From Bdellovibrionales bacterium (lineage in GTDB: Bacteria > Bdellovibrionota > Bdellovibrionia > Bdellovibrionales > JAMPXM01), in NCBI GenBank assembly GCA_043739185.1, contig JAYUEN010000116.1, positions 1 to 54,363 of the forward strand: 54,363 nucleotides of DNA. The letters are read 5' to 3'. The notes below the pieces were generated by a model. It did not search any database and had not been told where the DNA came from. It worked only from the letters and a program-made list of their open reading frames with translations. The translations under genes and the position numbers were made by a program. Positions 20,962-29,539 of the stretch are shown here, in pieces. Position 1 is the stretch's first letter. The number at the start of each line of letters is the position of its first letter.

Positions 20962-21542
20962 TGGCCATTTATGTTCCTGGCAAACGAAACCATCGAAATC
21001 GCCCTATATCTAAGGGCGCCCGAACGGTTGTCGCAATGTTATCGATGACTGCTTTGGTTGATATGTTCACGGTCCTGGCGGTCTTTTTATTGCAAAATTA
21101 TCAGACTACAGGAGAAGTTTTAGAAATTAGCGATAAGGTCATCTTGCCAAAAGCAAGCGCGGTCAAAGAAATTAAAGCCGCTACTGTGGTCACCGTTTCA
21201 AAGACAAGTATTCAAGTAAATAAAGAGAATGTGGCGGTTTTTCAAAAGGTAAAAGAACAAGAAGATTGGATGATTCAGCCCTTGCAACAGAAATTGCAAG
21301 AAGCATTTAAAGAGCTTGATAATCATCGTCGAATTATTGGTCTTGGCGCCATCAAACAAGCTGTCGACAACGCCAAAGAAAAAAGTGCCAAACAAGAAAA
21401 AGAAGATGATACCCGCGTGACCGTTCAAGCTGACAAATCGGTAGATTTTTTGACCTTGAAAAAAGTCATGTACACAGTGACTGAATCTGGGGCCTCGCAA
21501 ATCAATTTTGCGGTATTAAAAGAAGAGGCTAAGAAAAACTAA
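20961..21542 (+). CDS. aglS: ExbD/TolR-family motor subunit, AglS-like
   Basis: MTALVDMFTVLAVFLLQNY, VQADK.V.F..LKKVMYT, INFAV. Confidence 0.82.
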   Translation: MAIYVPGKRNHRNRPISKGARTVVAMLSMTALVDMFTVLAVFLLQNYQTTGEVLEISDKVILPKASAVKEIKAATVVTVSKTSIQVNKENVAVFQKVKEQEDWMIQPLQQKLQEAFKELDNHRRIIGLGAIKQAVDNAKEKSAKQEKEDDTRVTVQADKSVDFLTLKKVMYTVTESGASQINFAVLKEEAKKN

Positions 21543-22273
21543 GCTGATAGCTTTTCTTCTATTTCCCCATGTGAGAATTTCTTCACATAATCATGAATGA
21601 GAGATTGTATTTCAGGTTGAATGTTTTGAAACTTGATTCCGGCATTTCCGTTGGCGCTTATATAGATAACATTAGCGCGTGCACGAATTGGTTCGACGAA
21701 TTCAGGACAAGCGATTGTGATTTGCAATTCCTCGCCTTTCGTTAACTCTTGAGCGGAATTGATTCCTACTCCGGCAACGCTAATTGTGGCCACTTTAAAT
21801 TTAAAAGGAGCTTGATGATCACCGTGCCTGGTTATTTGAATATTGGCCATGAGCGGAGCCCGAGCATGTTCGCGTCTACTCACGCCCATTTCATCCATTA
21901 CTTCGCTGAACTCGAAGATGCTCTTCCAGTTTTTGAGGCCCACTGTCCACAAACGCACCTTACTGAGATTTTGGTTACCCCTCAAGTGTTGAATCATCTC
22001 CTTATGAGTCAGTGGGCCAACGGGTTCCCCACCAAGATCCAGATACCATACCGCGCTCATTGATTTTTCTGTTTGGTTCTTAAGTATTTTCTCGCCTGAC
22101 GATATCCAAACCTTAACCGACAACCATTCGCGCTGGCCCTTCCACCATATATTGCATTCAGGAGTTATTTCTCCCGAGCTAATTTTTTGGTGCACCTCGT
22201 TTGAAACGAAGGGGCCGCTGACTTTTTGATCTAAGCTTGAATATAAAAACCAAATTTTTCCCACGCTATACAT
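21539..22273 (-). CDS. Tandem GYF_2 (DUF4339) domains + C-terminal PilZ domain
   Basis: Two W[FY]L...GP[FL]...W..G...W repeats, then RREHAR (RxxxR) and TISVAG (D/NxSxxG variant). No signal peptide or TM segment. Confidence 0.8.
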   Translation of the reverse strand: MYSVGKIWFLYSSLDQKVSGPFVSNEVHQKISSGEITPECNIWWKGQREWLSVKVWISSGEKILKNQTEKSMSAVWYLDLGGEPVGPLTHKEMIQHLRGNQNLSKVRLWTVGLKNWKSIFEFSEVMDEMGVSRREHARAPLMANIQITRHGDHQAPFKFKVATISVAGVGINSAQELTKGEELQITIACPEFVEPIRARANVIYISANGNAGIKFQNIQPEIQSLIHDYVKKFSHGEIEEKLSA

Positions 22274-22411
22274 TCGGAATTTTTGTGATCAAACTTTATA
22301 ACTGAAATGACCTCGAATCGTCAGCTATTGACTGATCAGAAAATGGACACTTTGTTTGAAATTTTGCTTGAATCAGGTGATGGCGTAAAAGCTCTGTGCT
22401 AAGCTACCAAA

Positions 22412-23413
22412 ATGAGTAAACGTAATGCCATTATTCTTTCGCTTCTTATGCTCATTTTGGTGGTTGAGGTTTTGATTCTGGCACCTGATGAAATCGGAAT
22501 TCAAGAGGCTAAAGAAGAGATTCAAGAGAAAGTTAAAATTTCAAAGGAGCTGGGCAGTGGCGCGCAAGTCATGGGAGATTTTCATCTCGTACTCAGCAAG
22601 GGCGAAAAAGGTGAGGGTGAAGTCTGGGGTATCAAGGCGACACGAATTGACTCCCTCGCGCCATGGATTATCGATCAAGTTAGAGTTAAGTTTTTTGCGG
22701 CAAATGGCGCCACCTATTTAGTAACAGGAGATCAGGGAACGGTCGCCGGTGGGAAATCAAATGTGAACGACGTTCAGATTAAGGGCCATGTTGTGACTCA
22801 CTCATCAAATGGTTATGTCTTCAAAACAGAACTTGCAAATTATGTTTCTGCTCAGAGAAAATTAATTTCACCGGGGCAAGTCAATGTCATCGGCCCGCCA
22901 GATGAAAATAATAATTCGTTAGTCGTCAATGGTGAGAATTTAGAGGCCGATCTTACGAGCAACGAAATTGAAATCAAACGAAATGTTCATGCTAAAAAGA
23001 GTGTGCGAAATGATAAAATAGCAAATATTAGTTCGCAGCGCGCTGTTTTTAGCGGCAAGTCCAATGCGGTTAAATTTTTAGGAAATGTCGTTATTGATGT
23101 TGAAACGCTAAGAATGACGGGTCCAGTTGCAACTTTTAACTACAAGCCAGGTTCCGATTTAATTGATACAATGGTCATAAGTGGAGGAACTCGCGTTACA
23201 GATAATGACAAGTTGGCTACTTCTGATAAGGTAACGGTGCATTTGGATGATGATCGCTATGTCTTTTCAGGCTCGCCACGCGTTGTGCAAAACGGTGATG
23301 AGCTAGTTGGAGACGAAATTAGCTTCTTAAATGGAGGCAAGCAGGTCAAAGTTTCGAACGCACGAGCAAAGTTAGATTCAGATGATCTAGATAAAAATCG
23401 AAAGAAAAAGTAA
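22412..23413 (+). CDS. lptC: LPS export protein LptC, extended with an LptA/OstA-like C-terminal jellyroll
   Basis: N-terminal TM anchor, 333 aa all beta-type, C-terminal FSGSPRVVQNGDELVGDEISF resembling LptA; immediately upstream of lptB. Confidence 0.72.
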   Translation: MSKRNAIILSLLMLILVVEVLILAPDEIGIQEAKEEIQEKVKISKELGSGAQVMGDFHLVLSKGEKGEGEVWGIKATRIDSLAPWIIDQVRVKFFAANGATYLVTGDQGTVAGGKSNVNDVQIKGHVVTHSSNGYVFKTELANYVSAQRKLISPGQVNVIGPPDENNNSLVVNGENLEADLTSNEIEIKRNVHAKKSVRNDKIANISSQRAVFSGKSNAVKFLGNVVIDVETLRMTGPVATFNYKPGSDLIDTMVISGGTRVTDNDKLATSDKVTVHLDDDRYVFSGSPRVVQNGDELVGDEISFLNGGKQVKVSNARAKLDSDDLDKNRKKK

Positions 23414-23416
23414 GTT

Positions 23417-24142
23417 ATGGCTGCGATATTAAACATTCAAAATATTTCAAAGAGTTTTAAGACTCGCACGGTGGTAGACGACGTATCATTTTCAATCGAA
23501 TCAGGCCAAGTTGTTGGTCTTTTGGGCCCAAATGGAGCTGGCAAAACCACTAGCTTTTATATGGTCGTAGGTCTGGTCAATCCAGATGATGGCGATATTT
23601 TATTGAACGAGAAATCAATAGTTCATTTACCGATGTTTCAGCGGGCAAGAAGTGGTTTGAGTTATTTGCCTCAAGAAGCAAGCGTGTTTCGGCGCTTGAC
23701 AGTAAAAGAGAATATCATTGTGGCCCTCGAAGCCCACGGTATCACAGGGGCTGCCAAACAAGAAAAGCTAGAACGGCTATTAGAGGATTTCACCGTCACC
23801 CATATACGAGACAGCTATGGCTACGCCCTGTCAGGTGGTGAGCGCCGGAGAGTTGAAATTGCTCGAAGTCTGGCCGGCGATCCAAAATTTATTCTTCTAG
23901 ATGAACCCTTTGCCGGAATTGATCCGATCGCGGTCAATGATATTCAAGAAATTATTAAAAAACTTAAGTCTAGGGGAATAGGCGTCTTGATTACAGACCA
24001 CAATGTAAGAGAAACCTTGGGAATTTGTGATTTTGCCTACATAATGAAAGATGGAAAGATACAGGTTGCGGGTTTATCAAATGAAGTTGCCAATAATCAA
24101 ATGGCCCGTAAATTTTATCTTGGAGAAAATTTTAAGCTCTAA
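23417..24142 (+). CDS. lptB: LPS export ABC transporter ATPase
   Basis: GPNGAGKTT, YLPQEASVFR, LSGGERRRVEIAR, DEPFAGIDP, ITDHNVRETL, YLGENF. Confidence 0.97.
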   Translation: MAAILNIQNISKSFKTRTVVDDVSFSIESGQVVGLLGPNGAGKTTSFYMVVGLVNPDDGDILLNEKSIVHLPMFQRARSGLSYLPQEASVFRRLTVKENIIVALEAHGITGAAKQEKLERLLEDFTVTHIRDSYGYALSGGERRRVEIARSLAGDPKFILLDEPFAGIDPIAVNDIQEIIKKLKSRGIGVLITDHNVRETLGICDFAYIMKDGKIQVAGLSNEVANNQMARKFYLGENFKL

Positions 24143-24191
24143 TATGGGCTAAAATTGCTTTTTTGATTTCGAGTTCGCTTTTGGAGGATTC

Positions 24192-25613
24192 ATGGCCGTC
24201 GGAATGAAACAGACACTTAAACAAACTCAAACACTGACGATGACTCCTCAGTTGCAACAAGCCATTAAGCTTTTGCAGCTTTCACAACTTGAACTTCAGC
24301 AAGCGGTACGAAAAGAAATCGAAGAAAATCCAATTTTAGAAGAGAGCCCAGAAGCTCCGGGAGAAGAAGTCGCACAGACTGAAGCGCAAGCCACAGCCGA
24401 AACTGAAATCGCAAGAGATCAAGATCCGCAAAAGCAAGATGAGTTTGATTGGGAGTCCTATGCGGATAGTCAGTATAAACCACCTCAAGGGACAGGCTCG
24501 GGCAACGAAGAAATCATGAACTATGAAAATGTGATTTCGACAACCCAATCGCTCTATGACTATTTGATGTGGCAGATGAGTTTGTTTGGTTTCAACGATG
24601 AAGAGCAAGTCGTCGCCGGAATTCTCATCAGCTATATTGATGACGATGGTTATATCAAGGTTCCTCTCGAACAAATTGCGGCCGAAGAGAATGTTACGGT
24701 CGAAGATCTTGAAGGAATTATTCCTTTCATACATGAGTTTGATCCGCCCGGAATTGGGGCTCGAGATCTAAAAGAATGTTTGTTGGTACAAGCGAAAATT
24801 CTTCAAGAGGACACGCATGAATTGGTTGAACTCGTAAATAATCATTTGAAGGATCTCGAAAAGAAGAATTATGCCGGAATAGCCAAGGCCATGAATAAAG
24901 ATATCGAGATCGTAATCGATATGTGTAAAATTATTTACAATATGGATCCTAAACCAGGTCGCGCTTTTGTTCCGCCTGAAACCCAATATGTGACTCCAGA
25001 CGTTTATGTTTATAAAGTCGGCGATGAGTATATGGTTTCCCTCAATGAGGATGGTTTACCTCGTCTACGAATTTCTAATTTTTATAAAAATGTTTTGAAG
25101 GCCGGCGGCGCCAGCAATGATACCAATTCTTATATACAAGATAAATTAAAGAGTGCTGTTTGGTTGATTAAATCTATTCATCAACGGCAGCGTACTATTT
25201 ATAAAGTTACTGAAAGTATTGTAAAGCATCAGACAGACTTTTTTGAAAAGGGCCCCGGCCATATTAAACCCATGATCTTAAGAGATATTGCCAATGATAT
25301 TGGTATGCATGAATCAACCGTCAGCCGTGTCACCACAGCAAAGTATGTGCACACACCGCGGGGAATTTTTGAATTGAAGTACTTCTTCAACTCAGGAATT
25401 AGTACCGATGATGGCGACTCGCTTGCTTCCGAATCGGTAAAACTCAAAATTAAAGAATTGGTTTCCCAAGAAGATACGAAGTCGCCTCTTTCGGATCAGC
25501 GAATCGTCGATTTACTGAAGAAAGACGGTATTCAAATTGCTCGCCGAACCGTGGCAAAATATCGCGACATATTAAAAATTCTGCCGTCCTCAAAAAGGAA
25601 GAAGTACTTTTAA
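24192..25613 (+). CDS. rpoN: RNA polymerase sigma-54 factor
   Basis: TPQLQQAIKLLQL, HESTVSR, RpoN box ARRTVAKYR; GGAGG SD. Confidence 0.98.
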   Translation: MAVGMKQTLKQTQTLTMTPQLQQAIKLLQLSQLELQQAVRKEIEENPILEESPEAPGEEVAQTEAQATAETEIARDQDPQKQDEFDWESYADSQYKPPQGTGSGNEEIMNYENVISTTQSLYDYLMWQMSLFGFNDEEQVVAGILISYIDDDGYIKVPLEQIAAEENVTVEDLEGIIPFIHEFDPPGIGARDLKECLLVQAKILQEDTHELVELVNNHLKDLEKKNYAGIAKAMNKDIEIVIDMCKIIYNMDPKPGRAFVPPETQYVTPDVYVYKVGDEYMVSLNEDGLPRLRISNFYKNVLKAGGASNDTNSYIQDKLKSAVWLIKSIHQRQRTIYKVTESIVKHQTDFFEKGPGHIKPMILRDIANDIGMHESTVSRVTTAKYVHTPRGIFELKYFFNSGISTDDGDSLASESVKLKIKELVSQEDTKSPLSDQRIVDLLKKDGIQIARRTVAKYRDILKILPSSKRKKYF

Positions 25614-25804
25614 AAAGAATGGCGCCTAAGTCTGCTCCCTTTTTCAACAAAATCAGTAACAGCCACAGTTGGTTACCTAGTGTTCTAATAAAATGTGGCT
25701 AAGCACGCATTTTTTAGGGCCCAATTGGCATTTAAGACCTTTAGGTGATATGAATAGCAAATGATATTTTTTTCGAATTATTGCTTAAGAAGTGAGTACA
25801 GCCT

Positions 25805-27373
25805 GTGATTCTAATTTTTGCGGCTGTTTTAGCCAGTCTAGTCCTTGGTTTTTTTCTATCTAAATTGATTTCGAATCTACGTGAAAGAGCCATTTTGTCA
25901 GGGGCTCAAAGTGAAGCTGAGCGTATTTTGGGTGAGGCTAAGGATCGTGAGCAAGAGACCATGGATCAAGCCCAAGAACGCTCTCAAGACGTTGAAGAGC
26001 AAATTCGGAATCAAAATTTGCGAGAGCTTGAAAGTTTAGAGAAAAAAGTAGACGAGCTCGAGATGAAGTATCGCGCCAAGCGCAGCGAAAATGATCGCTT
26101 ATTCAATCAAGATCAAAAAGAACTTCAAAAACAAATGAATGTTATTTCTGAGCGTGCAAAAGTCGTCGGTTCAAGACAGCAAAATTATGATCGTAAAAAA
26201 GAGCAAATTGCTAAAATTAAGTCTGAATTGATAGTCGCTTTGACCAAGTCCTCAGGCCAAGACATAGAGCTTGTGAAAAAGCATATCCTCGATGATTTAG
26301 AGAATCAGATTCAAATCGATGCTAAGAAAAAAGCAAATCAAATTGAAGAAGAGACCAAGCTACATTCGGAAAGTATTGCGAAAGAGATTTTAGCAAATGC
26401 CTTGAGTCGATTTGCCAGAGAGGCCTGCATCGAGCGCGGCATCGGAATGCTTGAAATTGTAGATCAGGCAATGGGACAAAGAATTTTTGGCAAGGATCGG
26501 ATCAATATTAAAAAGCTCGAGGAGCTTTGTGGAGTTGATATTGAGTTGAACGACAATAATTACCTTCAGGCAACTGGTTTTGACCCTGTTCGTAGGGAGC
26601 TCAGCGCGCGCTGTTTAGATAAAATGCTTGATGAGCGAAATTTAAATCCTCAAGTCGTAACGCGAATTTATGAAGCTTGTAAGCGAGATTTGTTTAAAAA
26701 AATTGAGCTTGATGGAAGGAAAGCTGCGCAAGAATTAAATCAACAAGATCTCAATCCTGAAATTAAAAATATGATTGGCTGTTTACGCTACCGGTATTCA
26801 TTTGCTCAAAATCAGTTTTTTCACGTGGGTGAAGTTGGTTGGCTATGTGGACTCCTTGCTTCCGAACTCGGCGGCGTCCGAATCGGCGATGCAAAGAGAT
26901 CTGGTTTACTTCACGATATTGGCAAAGCCATGGATCATAGTATTGATGGTGGTCACGCTGTCATTGGTGCTGATTTTATTAAAAAGCTAGGTGAAAAAGA
27001 ACATATTGTTCATGCAGTAAGGGCCCATCACTATGAAGAGCAGCCATCGACAGACTTGGCATTTTTAGTTATAGCTGCCGATGCCATTTCAGGGGCTCGC
27101 CCAGGGGCTCGTCGTTCGACAGTCAATAACTACAATCAAAAAATTGAAGTGTTATCGACAATTGCAGATGATTTTAAGGGTGTGCTGAGAACCTTAGTAT
27201 TCAATGCTGGGCGCGAAGTTCGGGTCATTGTAGATAGCCAAAAAATGACTGATTTTCAGACATTGGGTCTTTGCAAAGAAATAGCTAAAAAAATCGAAAA
27301 TGAATGCTCCTATCCAGGTCAAATAAAAGTAGTGGTTGTGCGCGAAACCCATGCTGAAGCCGTTGCAAAGTAA
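25805..27373 (+). CDS. rny: Ribonuclease Y family protein (TM, coiled coil, KH, HD), divergent
   Basis: N-terminal TM, coiled coil, FDPVRRE, LLHDIGKA, AHH, AADAISGARPGAR, AGREVRVIV, YPGQIKV. Confidence 0.88.
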   Translation: MILIFAAVLASLVLGFFLSKLISNLRERAILSGAQSEAERILGEAKDREQETMDQAQERSQDVEEQIRNQNLRELESLEKKVDELEMKYRAKRSENDRLFNQDQKELQKQMNVISERAKVVGSRQQNYDRKKEQIAKIKSELIVALTKSSGQDIELVKKHILDDLENQIQIDAKKKANQIEEETKLHSESIAKEILANALSRFAREACIERGIGMLEIVDQAMGQRIFGKDRINIKKLEELCGVDIELNDNNYLQATGFDPVRRELSARCLDKMLDERNLNPQVVTRIYEACKRDLFKKIELDGRKAAQELNQQDLNPEIKNMIGCLRYRYSFAQNQFFHVGEVGWLCGLLASELGGVRIGDAKRSGLLHDIGKAMDHSIDGGHAVIGADFIKKLGEKEHIVHAVRAHHYEEQPSTDLAFLVIAADAISGARPGARRSTVNNYNQKIEVLSTIADDFKGVLRTLVFNAGREVRVIVDSQKMTDFQTLGLCKEIAKKIENECSYPGQIKVVVVRETHAEAVAK

Positions 27374-27715
27374 ATAATTTCTAAAACTGTAAAATATTAA
27401 GAAAGTGTCTCAATTCAAAGCTGTTAGGGTCTAGTATCTCTAGGTAATTTGAGCGTCTTTTAGAAAAAAGCAACAGATCATAAAAAAAGACCTAATCTTT
27501 GGTCTAGTTTCTGCCGAAAGAAAAAAGGTAGTGAAGGCGTTCCTTCTTCTTCATAAAAAAGCCTGTTCGGAAAGTATTTAAAGGCCACAAATGCTCAAAA
27601 GTTTGCCAAAATTATCAAATGTAAAAAGAAGCCTCAGCGCAAACGAGCAGTTGTTTCAAAAATTTATTCAAATATCCAAATCTCTAAATCACCAACCGGA
27701 AACGAGGAATTTTGT

Positions 27716-28114
27716 ATGAAAGTTGAGTTTACTTTTTTGCATGTCGATTCGAGTGACGCCTTAAAGGCTCGCGCTTTAGAAAAGCTCCAAAAAATCGACA
27801 CATTCGAACATAAACCAATGGATATTCATATCATCATTTCGCAGTTTCGCCACGACTGCCTGGTTGAAATCAATGTACTCGAGGGCCGAAGGAAATTTCA
27901 GGCCAGCGGTGTTTCAAATGACTTTTATAAATCAATGGACAAAGCAGTTGATAAGCTTAGGAAGCAATTGAGCAAGGGAAAGCGACGAATGAAGCATCAC
28001 AAGCATCATGATCATATTCACAACCTCTATGAGCTCAATGGAGGCAAGAAACGCGAGCTTGAACAGGAGTTTGAAGCAGAGTTTGATGAAATGATATATC
28101 GAAAAGCGGCCTGA
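27716..28114 (+). CDS. hpf: Ribosome hibernation factor HPF/RaiA family, with His-rich tail
   Basis: SDALK...KL.K...DFYKSMDKAVDKLRKQL.K.K; located downstream of rpoN; GAGG SD. Confidence 0.85.
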   Translation: MKVEFTFLHVDSSDALKARALEKLQKIDTFEHKPMDIHIIISQFRHDCLVEINVLEGRRKFQASGVSNDFYKSMDKAVDKLRKQLSKGKRRMKHHKHHDHIHNLYELNGGKKRELEQEFEAEFDEMIYRKAA

Positions 28115-28139
28115 AAAGGCTTCTTAAATATGGACTTCG

Positions 28140-28171
28140 GGGAGCTTGCACTGTAAAGCTCCCTTTTTTTT
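28140..28171 (+). terminator. Rho-independent terminator after hpf
   Basis: GGGAGCTT-gcactgta-AAGCTCCC followed by T8. Confidence 0.85.
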
Positions 28172-28342
28172 GGCTCCACGGCAAAGGCATTTAAAGGAAC
28201 ATTGAAATTCTAGAAATTGCCAAATGATTTGACCTCTCGCCCATCAATTGATACCCATTTCTATTAGTCAAAATGAACCTCAACGTCCGCGTGAATTTTG
28301 GACGGCGGGGTGTTATCATCAATCACTGAATACGGAGTCAAG

Positions 28343-29509
28343 ATGAAGAATTTTTTGTTTACGAGCGAATCAGTTTCTGAGGGACATCCCGATAAAATTG
28401 CCGATCAAATTTCAGATTCGGTATTAGATGCCATTCTCACTGAAGATCCAAAAGGGCGAGTTGCCTGTGAAACTCTGGTCACAACTGGCGTAGCTGTGGT
28501 TGCTGGCGAAATTTCAACTCATGCACGTATTGATGTGCCAAGTGTCGTAAGAAAAGCAATAAAAGATATTGGCTACGATGCCAGCGAGAAAGGCTTTGAT
28601 TACAAAACATGTTCGGTGATGGTAACCCTTGATCAGCAAAGTCCTGATATTGCTATGGGCGTGAACACTGGTGCGGGTAAGGAGCAAGGTGCGGGTGACC
28701 AAGGAATTATGTTTGGCTATGCGGTCAATGAGACGCCTGAGTTTATGCCGCTGACGATTTCACTTTCTCATAAGTTAATGTTTGAAATGGCGAGGCTTCG
28801 TAAAACCGGAAAGTATAATTTTTTCAGACCTGATGCGAAGTCGCAAGTTACCTGCGAATATGCAGACGGAAAAGTAAAAAGGGTAGATGCGGTCGTTATT
28901 TCGACACAGCACTCAGAAGACGTCTCTCAAGAAACCTTAAAAGAAGCCATCATGGAAGAAGTCATTAAAAAGATGATTCCTGCGAGCTGGCTAGATAATA
29001 AGACAAAGTATTTTATTAATCCAACCGGTCGCTTTGTTATTGGTGGTCCGCAAGGAGACTGTGGTCTCACAGGCCGCAAAATTATCGTTGATACTTACGG
29101 CGGCCATGGCGCACATGGTGGCGGCGCTTTTTCTGGTAAGGATCCCTCAAAGGTAGATCGATCAGCGGCATATGCCGCTCGCCATATTGCTAAGAATATT
29201 GTTGCCGCAGAATTAGCAGAAAAATGTCTCGTTCAAGTATCTTATGCAATTGGGGTTGCAGAGCCAGTGAGTGTTATGGTGAATGAGTATGGTACCGGTA
29301 AAGTTTCATCTGAGGTTTTGGCGGAGGCAGTTAAGAAAATTTGGAGTCTCAAACCGGCCGCGATTATTCAGGATTTCGACTTGTTGAAGCCTAAGTACAA
29401 AGCAACTGCAGCGTATGGGCATTTCGGCCGAAATGAAGCTGGATTTACCTGGGAAAAAACTGATAGGATCGGTCAGTTGAAAGAAGCTGTAAAAACCCTA
29501 AGCCGATAA
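28343..29509 (+). CDS. metK: S-adenosylmethionine synthetase
   Basis: [38 protein letters not shown] 28343 follows GGAG at 28334-28337. Confidence 0.98.
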   Translation: MKNFLFTSESVSEGHPDKIADQISDSVLDAILTEDPKGRVACETLVTTGVAVVAGEISTHARIDVPSVVRKAIKDIGYDASEKGFDYKTCSVMVTLDQQSPDIAMGVNTGAGKEQGAGDQGIMFGYAVNETPEFMPLTISLSHKLMFEMARLRKTGKYNFFRPDAKSQVTCEYADGKVKRVDAVVISTQHSEDVSQETLKEAIMEEVIKKMIPASWLDNKTKYFINPTGRFVIGGPQGDCGLTGRKIIVDTYGGHGAHGGGAFSGKDPSKVDRSAAYAARHIAKNIVAAELAEKCLVQVSYAIGVAEPVSVMVNEYGTGKVSSEVLAEAVKKIWSLKPAAIIQDFDLLKPKYKATAAYGHFGRNEAGFTWEKTDRIGQLKEAVKTLSR

Positions 29510-29539
29510 AATTCAGGCCACAGCTTGATAATGAGTTAA

